Shown here: piece by piece, positions 37,371-47,847 of the stretch
Numbering within the stretch: position 1 is the first letter of the stretch
Layout of the letters: every line of letters starts with the position of its first letter
Position numbers and translations under genes: made by a program
NCBI GenBank assembly: GCA_965153285.1
Contig: OZ229116.1
Strand: one strand, 5' to 3'
DNA: 64,000 nucleotides
DNA from: Podarcis tiliguerta
Lineage: Eukaryota
The notes under the pieces: model-generated
Told to the model about the DNA's origin: nothing
Database searches by the model: none
The model's input: only the letters and a program-made list of their open reading frames with translations

Positions 37371-39084
37371 AGCAGCAACAGGAAGAACCAAAGAGGCCAG
37401 AAATTGAACCCTGAGCTTTCAGCATACAAGTCTGTGCTTAAACCACTGAGCTATAGCCGCTTTCCTCTTGCAAACAAACTTTGGATTAAGGAGCTGGATG
37501 TCTGCAGCAGATGACAAGGCTTCCATTTCTTACCTTTTTTAAAAAAGGAATTAATTATGGCTTCTTAACTATTTTCCCTGGGGAATTGCTATCTCTGGTA
37601 CTATTTCCATGACATAGTCTTCAGCTTTTCAGACCTGCTCCTCCTCAGATCCAGTCTCTCAAACCCCTCAGATAAAAAGCTGAGGAGAGACATATTCAAT
37701 GAAAGGTGATGCTGAAAAGAGGCAGTAAGTTTCTACACCCCACTGTCTGCAAACAGATTTGGCACCAGTTGTAGTCCAATTAACTGCAAGAGTTCACAGG
37801 TAGCATTACAGAGATGACCATAAGAGACAATTCTATTTACAGTCCTTTATATATGCTTTTAGAGCTCATTTTAGACATCAGCAAAAGCAAACTGAGCCAG
37901 GAAGCAGTTGGAAGGAAGAAAATGATACACGATAAAAGCCTCAAGTTCAGCATAAACTATGCCTTCCACACTCCACAAGCCACAGGTGCTTGGGATTATT
38001 AGGGTATTCACAATTTACTTAATAAGAGGTGAACTGCATAGATTTTACAAAAAGTTTTGTTCAGCAAGCGCATTCCCAGCTTATTGTGTATAATGACAGT
38101 GAGAAATGTATCACTTTGGACAAAGACACCGACAAACTCAAATGGTGCACATTTGAGAAGAGCCTTTCACATGCTGTCCCCATTGATGATTTCTGAGATA
38201 TTTAGGGTATCGACTGGGTTATTTCCCCCCCCCCTCCTTTTGTGGGAATTTGGGACAGTACTAGGACTTTCTCCTTTGAAGTGAATGAGTGCTCTGAAAG
38301 GACATGGGGCAAAGTAGAAGCTACTGGTTTTAAAAGCCACTCCATACATTCTGCAAGATGAGCTGAAGTGACCTGTATCCCTTCAGGCAACAGGTTGAAG
38401 AGAGATTTGATTTTTAAATCTTTCCCTCTTTGAAAAGGCTTCCTGGCTATCAAACTAGTGCTGATTTCTGTTCCTGTTTCTTTTTTTGTAATTATGGGTT
38501 TTAAATCATATTTGAAGTATTTATAATGTATTTTATTCATTCGTTTATTTTATTATTTTCGTTTCTCACTACTTCCTTAACAGCACTAGAAGCATACATT
38601 TATATTGAAAGTGTACACTATGAATTACTTATTAGTCAAGAAAATTATTATGTGGTGTGTAGCTGTTCTCAGCTAAGAATGAGACTTCATTCCTTGGTGA
38701 AGCATTCACCTGGTGCCCATTTTCACTTGCGCTATAGAGCGTTTCCGTATCAGTGCAGCTACACTGCTATGCCGTTCAACCGCAGCGCAGCGCGAACTTT
38801 TCATTTTGCAAATGGAAGGGAATTCTGACTTCAGCACTGAATAGCTTACAAATCAAAATGTGTAGCCATAAAACAAAAAATAAATGGAGGCAAGGAGCCA
38901 TCTTTCGCAGCCCACTGTTAAGTGTAGAAATATCTTATTCTGTCAATGTGATTTCATAGCAGGATGAAAAATGTCAAAAATGAGGATGACAAATCAGTCT
39001 AGTGAGGAAACATGACTCTCAGACGAGAGATGTCATTTGTCATGATTGCCATGTGACTGCACTTCCCTCTGTCTTCTCTCTTAG

Positions 39085-39314
39085 ATGAATGTTATTTTTG
39101 CTGTTAATTTAAAAATTATCTCAAATCAACGATGGGCCAGGGAAGAAAAACACGAACGCTATCACAACTGCTGCTGAAAAGTTTTGCAGAGTCTTTTGGA
39201 CATGATTTGGGAAAGTTTCCACATCATGAAAGGGGTTGCCGTCATTGTAAATTGTGAACTCATCACATATTTCATGGCATCTGTTCTGAAGTGCGTCCCC
39301 CACCCCAAACTTAG
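39085..39314 (+). other. Candidate 230-nt non-coding exon
   Basis: Long polypyrimidine acceptor CTTCCCTCTGTCTTCTCTCTTAG ending at 39084 and consensus donor AG|GTAAGT at 39315; stops in all three frames. Confidence 0.4.
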
Positions 39315-39351
39315 GTAAGTGTGTGGCTTTTGTTCAGAACGGACACAGCTG

Positions 39352-39523
39352 NNNNNNNNNNNNNNNNNNNNNNNNNNNNNNNNNNNNNNNNNNNNNNNNN
39401 NNNNNNNNNNNNNNNNNNNNNNNNNNNNNNNNNNNNNNNNNNNNNNNNNNNNNNNNNNNNNNNNNNNNNNNNNNNNNNNNNNNNNNNNNNNNNNNNNNNN
39501 NNNNNNNNNNNNNNNNNNNNNNN
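39352..39523. other. N-run, 172 nt
   Basis: Directly visible. Confidence 0.99.
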
Positions 39524-41678
39524 AGAAAGAAGGTGGTGATCAGGGGGAGGGGGCAGGAGCAACAAGGCTGAATTTTAATCTTGCAAACACAATTAAGAAT
39601 CTTATTTACAGCATGTTGCCATCATTTAAACCAACGCTAATTGCATACTTAGAACCCTGACGTAAGATTCTTAAATCAGCTGAAACTACAGATTGTTAAA
39701 AAGCACAAGAGATTCAATGTTTCAATTAGAAACCATGCTTAAAAAAATAAAACTACTTAGAATTGCATTTCCTAATTAGGAGTTTATTTTGAGGTGACAT
39801 CTTCAACCTCAGTGCAGTGTTAACTTTTTACAACCATGCTTTCACGATTACGATGTAGTAAGAACTTCTATAACTTGCTGACTGTGTAGGAACTTTCGTC
39901 AACTTTTCATTGCTCCTCCCCACAATTTCCAATACTTTGCACACACACACACAAAAAAAGCACAACAAAAATAACTGAAATGGATATGCTGGTGCTTAAT
40001 AATATAAATGCATAATTTGGTATATAGCATTGTGTTCATTTACGTGAATGAGCCTATCCTAGGGCCTGCTTGACAGACCTGGTGGTTATCATAATTATAA
40101 CTTTGATTCTGAATGGTCTGCAGTCTCTCTCCAGCCTTGACAATGGGATACTCAGTAGAGTTTGGAAGTGGGTGGGAGACAGAGAAACAGTCTTGCCCCC
40201 ACCCCACGCACCCAGTGCCCTCGACCCAGGGATCCCAAATCAGGGCAACCCACTCTGGGCTAACCTGGGACTACTTGTCATGGATCTGTTCCCAAAGTAG
40301 TTCGGGGCGGGGCTTATGTTTAATTCAGTTTTTAAATGTATGTATGTAGTTATTTATTTAAATTAATCAACTATACAGTTAGGAGAGAGGCGGGGGAGGA
40401 AGTTGCTGCTCCCCTTCCCCCTACTCCTGGCCAAGAGCTGGGGGGGGGGCGAATTCTGCAGCGGCTCCTTTGCAAGCAACTTCCCTGAGACCTTTAAACT
40501 AAGGACCTTCCCCATGCATGATGTAGCATCACTCCAACTGGAATTCTGGGGAGGGTAGAAGATGGCTGGTGTCAGTTCTGAGACAATTTATATGGCTAAA
40601 ACTTCCTATTCTTAAAAGTTCTGACATTCTCTTCAAGTAGCTTTTGTGTAAAAAAATATTAATTTCATATGATTCTCATCTTCCAAAGGTGTTAATACAT
40701 TTTTTACAGCTCGCATCATTCATATTTTCCTTAGGAAAAGTCTCCCAAACAATCCATAGAAGTGCTAATGTGTCTAATTGCATCCCCGCTCCCTCCAGCA
40801 GACAGACGTACTTTTAAAAAGGTAACTCATTAGAACAGTCTTATTGCCAGATGTTAAGATTCACATAAATCACCCAACTTCTGTATCAAGTGAAGACAGT
40901 ATATGCACTGAGGTAAGTCTTAAAGTATTTTAATAATTAAGATATAGCTACACAAAATGTAGGGAAGTGGTGTCTGGAAAACTGAATGTTCCCTCTTGGG
41001 TTTTAAACAGTGCCCCATATTTCCCAGTTTTAAATATTTTGTGAATGCTAAGAGTCCAGCAGTCCATCATTATTAGGCAATGCTTTCATCTAAATATATT
41101 AATTCCAGAGCCATGAAGGTATAGTTTAAAATAAAAGGAAATCTACGTAAATCATCATTACCCAAACTGCCAACAATCTACCTCTCCATCGCTGTTTAGT
41201 GCTCATATGTACTAGATTTAGAACACTAGCTGCTTTTGTTGGAAACCTCAAATGCTCTTACAATAACTAAGACTCTACTCCAACTTTGCACTAAAGTGTC
41301 AGAGGTGGAGATGTCAATTTCAATCAAAACAGAAACAAGTAGAGAAATTGAACTCTTTCCGCATTGCCAGGACTGGCTTAACTTCATGCAAATGCAAGAG
41401 ACAATTGTTGACGCTGAATTTCAAAGCAATACAGTAAACACCTTATCCAGACCAGAATACCTTATGCTATACTAGCCAGGGCTACCTCTGAGCCATAAAA
41501 CAAGGCAGTAAAAAAGGGTCTTTAGCAGTACTATCCAAGTGGCTTGATGGGGTTAGGAGAGAGAATCCATTTTAAGCTCTAGAATTTGAAATCCCTAACA
41601 GTGTTTTTTTCAGCAGTGCTCAGAAACACCCATAGTTCAAGCACCCAAGAGAGGATGTAGGGTCCATGAATAAAGACA

Positions 41679-42117
41679 TGTTCAGTTTCTGTTAATTGAT
41701 TCTCATGGAAACTTACAGATTCTGGCTTCACACACTTAACTCAAGGCAGTGTCAATTTACTCTTGGCAGAAAGCCAAGGTCTGCTTGACCTAGAAACTAC
41801 TTACTCTGATTGGTTAACGACCAGCACTCAACTCTGTTATCTGGGAATGCTAGCACAGTTTGGTGTGAGGTGTGGTAGGAGTAGGAGTGCTGTGTATGGT
41901 TAAGAGAGAGAGAGAAAGAAAGGATTTATTTTGCTTTGTTTTATATGCAGAAACTCTGCTGGTTTCTTTTCCTTTTTAATAAATCCTGTAAATAGTTATT
42001 CTGAGTCTAGCTGACTAGTCATTTCCACCTCAACTAGCTTCTTCGCTGTGCAGGAAAACTCTGCTACGTTTGGGCTAAAGCCATTAGAGCTATGCCTGAC
42101 ACTTCAAAGTTCCATGA
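41679..42117 (+). repeat. Copia 5' LTR
   Basis: Starts TGTTCAG; identical to 46392-46830 except C41735/A46448 by manual comparison; AATAAA at 41978. The true end may be CTGACA at 42101. Confidence 0.95.
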
Positions 42118-42126
42118 GGTTATGGG
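42118..42126 (+). promoter_or_regulatory. Putative primer-binding site complementary to the anticodon region of initiator tRNA-Met
   Basis: GGTTATGGG equals the first 9 nt of the GGTTATGGGCCCAG site of Drosophila copia-type elements and directly follows the terminal repeat. Confidence 0.7.
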
Positions 42127-42374
42127 TAATGTGCTGCCAGCCTGAGTTGTGGTGGTGTCAGCATCAACGGTGTTGGTTCCAGTAGTTCCAGAAGTTGTTG
42201 TTGCTGTTGGTGCAGCAGATGGACACTGGCTGGTTCCTGACTGTTGTGAGCTGGTGACGCAGTGGACACAAGGACAACAGACGCAGCGTGTGAATGCTGG
42301 TAGCTGTGGTTCCTGTTTTCTCTCTCGGTGGTCGTGAGTAGCTGGTTCCGGGTTCCAGGGACATCGCTCTCAAG

Positions 42375-45300
42375 ATGGCCTCACAACCAGTTCAGATGGC
42401 TTTTGAGCGTCTGAATGACTCCAATTACTTGCTGTGGTCGGAACGCATGCAGGCAGTGCTGCAGAGGGATCGTCTCTGGCAAGTGGTGAGTAAGTTTCCT
42501 GCGAAGCCTGATGATGAAGACCTCGATAAAGACCAAAGAGCAAGGGCCACAATTGTCTTGGGGCTGGAAGATTCCCAGTTGCCGTATGTGAGGGGAATCA
42601 AGACAGCTAGAGGTGTGTGGCAAGCACTTAAAGAACTCCATGTGCGTGAGACAGCGGTTTCCAAGCTGTTCATTCGCAAGGCATTGTACAAGGCAATGTT
42701 ACAGCCTGGGGTTACAATGCAGGAACACCTACACAGTTTACAGTTAAAGTTTGCTGCGCTACAGGAAAGAGACTGTACATTAGACCAGCAGGAGAAGGTG
42801 GCTATTATTTTGAGTTCTCTCCCGGAAAGCTGGGATAATTTAGTTTTGTCTCTAGAAGGTTTACAGGAGCGTGATTTATCAGTCAGTTATGTCACTGGGC
42901 GTTTGATTGAAGAATGGCAGAAGAGGCAAGAAAGGTCGTTTGCTGCAGAGGCTTCTACAGGCGGGCGGTTTGGAAGGAGTTCTCATGCCGTGCCAGAGGT
43001 GACGCAAAAGCAGCGTACCGGTGAGGAGTCAGCGCTTGCTGTTAGGCATTGTTTCCGATGTGGGTCTTCAGCGCATCTAAAACGACAATGTCCGGAGTTG
43101 GTCAAGTCTCAGTGGCCGGTGCAGGAGCAGAGACGAGATCAGCAGCAGCAGCAGCGTAAAAAGAAATTCTTCAAACGAAAACAGTCGGCTCAGCTGGTGA
43201 CCGCAGAGGTCAAGATTGCTGATGAGAAACAAGCTGTCTGGGTGGTCAATTCGGGAGCGTCTCGGCACATCGTAAATTCAGATGAATTGTTTGTTTCCAA
43301 GAACTCAGCACAGCGCAGCCAGGTGACTCTAGCAGACGGAAGTACTTCCGAAGTGATTTCGGGGGGTGCAGTTTTTGTTCCTTGTCTTCGTGAATGCCTG
43401 CAAAATGTACTTTGTGTACCTTCATTAAGGAGCAATCTGATGTCTGTAGACTGTTTGCTAAAAGCTGGGTTTAAAGTGTATTTTGAAGGAGACAGTTGCA
43501 TTATTAAGAAGGCTGGTGAGATTTTAGGCACTGCTAAGTCAGAGGGAGGCTTGTTTTGGCTTAAAGCAGGATCTCAAGTTGCAGCAGTAGTCAGTAAATC
43601 TCAGCCTGCAGTGAATAACAAAGCTATACATGACAACTGTGTGCACTTATTGCATAGGAAAATGGGGCATGCTGGCTGGAAAAGTGTACTAAAAATGTCT
43701 GAATTGGCTGATGGGGGTAATTTAAAGAGTTGTAACAAGTACCTTGATTGTAATGTTTGTAAAAAGGTTAAAACCCACAGAGTCTCGTACCCCAGAAGTG
43801 ACAGAGTTAGTGAGTCACCGCTACAGCTGGTTCACATGGACGTAATTGGTCCATTTCCTGTAAGCAGGGGTGGATCGCGTTTTTCATTAACAATTGTGGA
43901 TGACGCCACGCGTTACTCTTGGGTTTTTCCCATGAAGAATAAGGGTGACGTGTTCACTAAGTTTAAAGGCTGGGTGGCATCTGTGGAAAGATTTCTGTCC
44001 ACTAAACTCAAAAGGATTCAGACGGACAGAGGTGGCGAATTTATGTCAAATGCTTTTAGAGATTGGTTACAAAAGCGTGGCATTGGGCATAGAAAAACGA
44101 ACGCTTTTTCCCCAGAGGAGAATGGCGTTGCAGAGCGAAAACATAGATCTTTACAAGATATGATGTTTGCCATGCTTGATGATGCTGATTTGCCCATGTC
44201 TTATTGGGGGGAGAGCATGCTCACCGCGTGTTATCTCCAAAATAGGCTCTTTCATCAAACAATAGGTACAACTCCGTACTTTAAATTGTTTCACAAAAAA
44301 CCCAAAATTGACCATTTGCATGTGTTTGGATCAAAAGCCTGGGTATTAATTCCAAAACAAATGAGAAAGAAGGGAGATCCTAAGACCAAACAGTTAGTGT
44401 TTGTGGGTTACCAGGAGCTGGGAAAAGGTTTCCGCTTTGCTGAAGGGACAAATGGCATTGTGATCTCCAGGAATGCCAGTTTTTGTGAACATAGTGGCTG
44501 GGAGAGACTACATGCCAATACTGAGGTTTGGTTTGAACCTTCTCAGGAGCTTCATGACTCTGAAGGTAAACATAGAGAATCAGAGTCTGAGGGGGAGGAA
44601 AGTTCAGATAAGAGCTCTCAAGAAAGTGGAATTAGCCAGAGACCGGTTGCTAAGCAACAAAAGAGAGGTCATAGTTCTGAGGAGGAAAGTGGGTCAGAAG
44701 AAAAATTTTCTCCCAGAAGATCTAAACGACAAAACAAAGGAGTGCCTCCGGTGCGTTTTTCTCCGGATACTGCAAATGTGTTTAGTGTAGTTGCAGAGCC
44801 CAAGAGTTTTCAGGAGGTGTTAAAATTACCAAAAGAGGAGGCAGAGCTCTGGAAACAGGCAATGGAGGAAGAGATGTCCTCTCTGAATGAGCACAAGGTC
44901 TTTACACCAGTAGCAGCGCCTGAGGGGGCAAAGATTGTAGGCTGCAGGTGGGTGTACAAACTTAAACCTCTGGTGACAAGAAAGTACAAATACAAAGCTC
45001 GTTTAGTGGCTCAAGGATACTCTCAGAGGCCTGGAAAAGATTATGACGAGACTTTTTCCCCTACTGCTAAGGCGGAAAGTGTAAGGCTGATTCTAACGCT
45101 TGGAGCAAAGAGAAAACTTCTGTTAAACCATTTTGATATCCAGACTGCATATTTACATGCATCAATATCAGAAGACCTGTATCTAGCCGAACCTCCTGGT
45201 TATGAGACAGGTTCCAATAGAGTGTTGAAATTAAACAAAGCTCTATATGGTCTCAAACAGGCTGCAAGATCTTGGAACAAATGTTTCCATGAGGCCTTAG

Positions 45301-46337
45301 TGTCATTTGGTTTCAAGCAGAGTACAGCTGACAATTGCGTTTATGTACGTGGTACAGGCAGTGATCAAGAGTTTTGTCTGATTTATGTAGATGATGTATT
45401 GTATGCTTGCAAAACTGATAAACAAACTAAAAGGTTTGCCAAGCAATTGTCCAGTAAGTTCAAAATGAAAGACTTAGGCCCGGTTAGGACATATCTAGGG
45501 TTGGAAGTGTGCTGGGCCCAAGATGGCAGCTGCCTAATTAGTCAGCAGAACAAAATTAAACAACTACTGACTACATACAGGATGCAGGATTGCAAAGGGG
45601 CAGTGGTGCCTATGGATCAAGGTTTCATAAAAACACTTCATATAGATGAGAGTCCTGAATTTGAACATCCTGATGTATATCATTCTGTAATTGGAAGTTT
45701 ATTGTATCTAGCACAGTGGTCCAGACCTGATATTAGCTATGCAGTAGGCATATTAAGTAGATTGGTCTCAAAACCCACACTAAATGCCTGGAAAGGGGTA
45801 AAACAAGTTCTGAGATACCTCAAACAGACAATTGGCTATATGTTACAATTAAATTCTTCAGAGGATGAAATGTTGACCTGCTATTGTGATAGTGACTGGG
45901 GAAATTTGCCAGATAGAAAATCTGTCACAGGACTAGTCATAATGGTCGGTGGAGCTTTAATCAGCTGGCGCTCACGCAAGCAAGACATTGTAAGTGTGTC
46001 ATCAACGGAATCCGAGTACGCCGCATTGAGTGAATTGTGCAACGAGGTGATTTATTTCAAGCATTTGTTAGCAGATTTAAATGTAAATTGTGGAGAACCA
46101 GTACGCGTTTACATTGATAATCAGGCTTGTATAACCTTAAGTAAAACAGAGGGTTTCAAATCACGTTCCAAACATATCTCTGTAAAATACCAAAATGTAC
46201 GTTGCTGTGTACAAGACAATATAATCACATGTACTTATGTATCAAGTGAAGAAAATGTAGCAGATGTATTAACTAAACCATTGGCAAAGATAAAGAACAA
46301 GCAAATGTGCAAGAGTTTAGGTTTGCTGGAAAAATAA
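42375..46337 (+). CDS. Copia Gag-Pol polyprotein, 1320 aa
   Basis: Gag LNDSNYLLW; zinc knuckle CFRCGSSAHLKRQC; protease WVVNSGAS; integrase HHCC (HRKMGH..CNVC) and DDE (HMD, QTDRGGEF, NGVAER); GKGF motif; RT YKARLVAQG, LYGLKQA, YVDD; RNase H YCDSDW, STESEY, IDNQ, ADVLTK. Confidence 0.98.
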   Translation: MASQPVQMAFERLNDSNYLLWSERMQAVLQRDRLWQVVSKFPAKPDDEDLDKDQRARATIVLGLEDSQLPYVRGIKTARGVWQALKELHVRETAVSKLFIRKALYKAMLQPGVTMQEHLHSLQLKFAALQERDCTLDQQEKVAIILSSLPESWDNLVLSLEGLQERDLSVSYVTGRLIEEWQKRQERSFAAEASTGGRFGRSSHAVPEVTQKQRTGEESALAVRHCFRCGSSAHLKRQCPELVKSQWPVQEQRRDQQQQQRKKKFFKRKQSAQLVTAEVKIADEKQAVWVVNSGASRHIVNSDELFVSKNSAQRSQVTLADGSTSEVISGGAVFVPCLRECLQNVLCVPSLRSNLMSVDCLLKAGFKVYFEGDSCIIKKAGEILGTAKSEGGLFWLKAGSQVAAVVSKSQPAVNNKAIHDNCVHLLHRKMGHAGWKSVLKMSELADGGNLKSCNKYLDCNVCKKVKTHRVSYPRSDRVSESPLQLVHMDVIGPFPVSRGGSRFSLTIVDDATRYSWVFPMKNKGDVFTKFKGWVASVERFLSTKLKRIQTDRGGEFMSNAFRDWLQKRGIGHRKTNAFSPEENGVAERKHRSLQDMMFAMLDDADLPMSYWGESMLTACYLQNRLFHQTIGTTPYFKLFHKKPKIDHLHVFGSKAWVLIPKQMRKKGDPKTKQLVFVGYQELGKGFRFAEGTNGIVISRNASFCEHSGWERLHANTEVWFEPSQELHDSEGKHRESESEGEESSDKSSQESGISQRPVAKQQKRGHSSEEESGSEEKFSPRRSKRQNKGVPPVRFSPDTANVFSVVAEPKSFQEVLKLPKEEAELWKQAMEEEMSSLNEHKVFTPVAAPEGAKIVGCRWVYKLKPLVTRKYKYKARLVAQGYSQRPGKDYDETFSPTAKAESVRLILTLGAKRKLLLNHFDIQTAYLHASISEDLYLAEPPGYETGSNRVLKLNKALYGLKQAARSWNKCFHEALVSFGFKQSTADNCVYVRGTGSDQEFCLIYVDDVLYACKTDKQTKRFAKQLSSKFKMKDLGPVRTYLGLEVCWAQDGSCLISQQNKIKQLLTTYRMQDCKGAVVPMDQGFIKTLHIDESPEFEHPDVYHSVIGSLLYLAQWSRPDISYAVGILSRLVSKPTLNAWKGVKQVLRYLKQTIGYMLQLNSSEDEMLTCYCDSDWGNLPDRKSVTGLVIMVGGALISWRSRKQDIVSVSSTESEYAALSELCNEVIYFKHLLADLNVNCGEPVRVYIDNQACITLSKTEGFKSRSKHISVKYQNVRCCVQDNIITCTYVSSEENVADVLTKPLAKIKNKQMCKSLGLLEK

Positions 46338-46384
46338 TCTCCTACATAGGTGTTATTTGATGTTAATTGTCCAGCAGAATCTGT

Positions 46385-46391
46385 GAGGGGG
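46385..46391 (+). promoter_or_regulatory. Polypurine tract
   Basis: GAGGGGG immediately before the TG of the 3' LTR, typical of Copia. Confidence 0.85.
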
Positions 46392-46830
46392 TGTTCAGTT
46401 TCTGTTAATTGATTCTCATGGAAACTTACAGATTCTGGCTTCACACAATTAACTCAAGGCAGTGTCAATTTACTCTTGGCAGAAAGCCAAGGTCTGCTTG
46501 ACCTAGAAACTACTTACTCTGATTGGTTAACGACCAGCACTCAACTCTGTTATCTGGGAATGCTAGCACAGTTTGGTGTGAGGTGTGGTAGGAGTAGGAG
46601 TGCTGTGTATGGTTAAGAGAGAGAGAGAAAGAAAGGATTTATTTTGCTTTGTTTTATATGCAGAAACTCTGCTGGTTTCTTTTCCTTTTTAATAAATCCT
46701 GTAAATAGTTATTCTGAGTCTAGCTGACTAGTCATTTCCACCTCAACTAGCTTCTTCGCTGTGCAGGAAAACTCTGCTACGTTTGGGCTAAAGCCATTAG
46801 AGCTATGCCTGACACTTCAAAGTTCCATGA
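46392..46830 (+). repeat. Copia 3' LTR
   Basis: Direct repeat of 41679-42117; AATAAA at 46691. Confidence 0.95.
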
Positions 46831-47699
46831 GTTCTGCATTATTTTCTTAACTGGGAAGGTATTTTCTTCAAAGGTAGTATGAAGCTGCCTAACTCATATG
46901 ATGCATAAACCTGTGGCAGCATTGCCAATATCCTCTCCATGACAGGATGACTGTGGGAGACTTGAACACCATTTGTACATCCACACTTCTAACCAGAGGA
47001 TGGTTAATCGCAGGCTGTGATACAACTTCTCTTTTTTTACACACAGCCTGTCATACAAATGAAATAAAGGTCTGGTGATGCACAGTGTGCTGAAATAAAC
47101 GTTCATTTCAACACACCGTGCATCATCAGCTATTTATATCAGCACTTTGCATGTCATCAGCATTTTGACAGAGAGCCTTTCACCATTCTGTCATAGTGTA
47201 GTATGCAGAATACTATGGAGCTAGTTAAGTTCAGAATGACAGGGCATTCATTTTCACTTTTGCAGGGCTTAAGTGGTCAGAACACACCATTGTTACTTCA
47301 ACATATGTCATTCCCTCTTTCTATTCTGTTACACTATCCCACAAAATTATTTTTATTTTGTAAGGTTTTTCTCTAACTTATCCTTGGGTCCTTCAGTACA
47401 CTAGTCTTAGCCCCCTCTGGCTGATCCCAATTTTTACAATCACACTGGGATTTACAATGATAAGTCATGCAATACTCATCAGGACTAAGGATCAGCTAAC
47501 ACATGGTGTTCACCATGTGTGAATGAAACAGTTCAGATAGAGTTCATGTCCTCACAAACAACATGATGTATTGTGGAATGCTCAGTGGTCAGTAATGTAC
47601 ATGTAATTGTGAATAAGTCCAGAGGCCTGCAAAGGACCCAGAAGGTCATAGCTAAGATCTTCATCAGAGGTCCTTCTTTGAAGTTGGGTTAGGTGGGAA

Positions 47700-47847
47700 C
47701 AGTGCTTTTTTCTGGGAGGACACAGGAGTAAGCATACCCCTAAACATTTTGTGAATCTAAGTTTGGCCTCATTGAGGGGCAGTATTTCAATATGAGTAGG
47801 AAAATGAGAGTACCCCTAAACATTTTTTTAAAAGAAAAAAAGCACTG
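47700..47847. mobile_element. hAT MITE, 148 bp
   Basis: TIRs CAGTGCTTTTTT / AAAAAAGCACTG; perfect 8-bp TSD GGTGGGAA (47692-47699, 47848-47855); internal repeat TACCCCTAAACATTTT twice. Confidence 0.92.

Larger units (their letters stand above)
41679..46830 (+). mobile_element. Full-length Ty1/Copia LTR retrotransposon
   Basis: Two 439-bp direct terminal repeats, PBS-like motif, polypurine tract and one ORF with the Copia-diagnostic order Gag-PR-IN-RT-RH. Confidence 0.98.

Noticed and set aside
37395-37460. tRNA-like A/B box remnant on the minus strand
   Set aside because: Too degenerate to fold as a tRNA; probably an old SINE head
42149-44995. Overlapping and antisense ORFs within the Copia element
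   Set aside because: Short shadow frames of a long ORF; no env-like or accessory gene features, and only 54 nt lie between the stop codon and the 3' LTR
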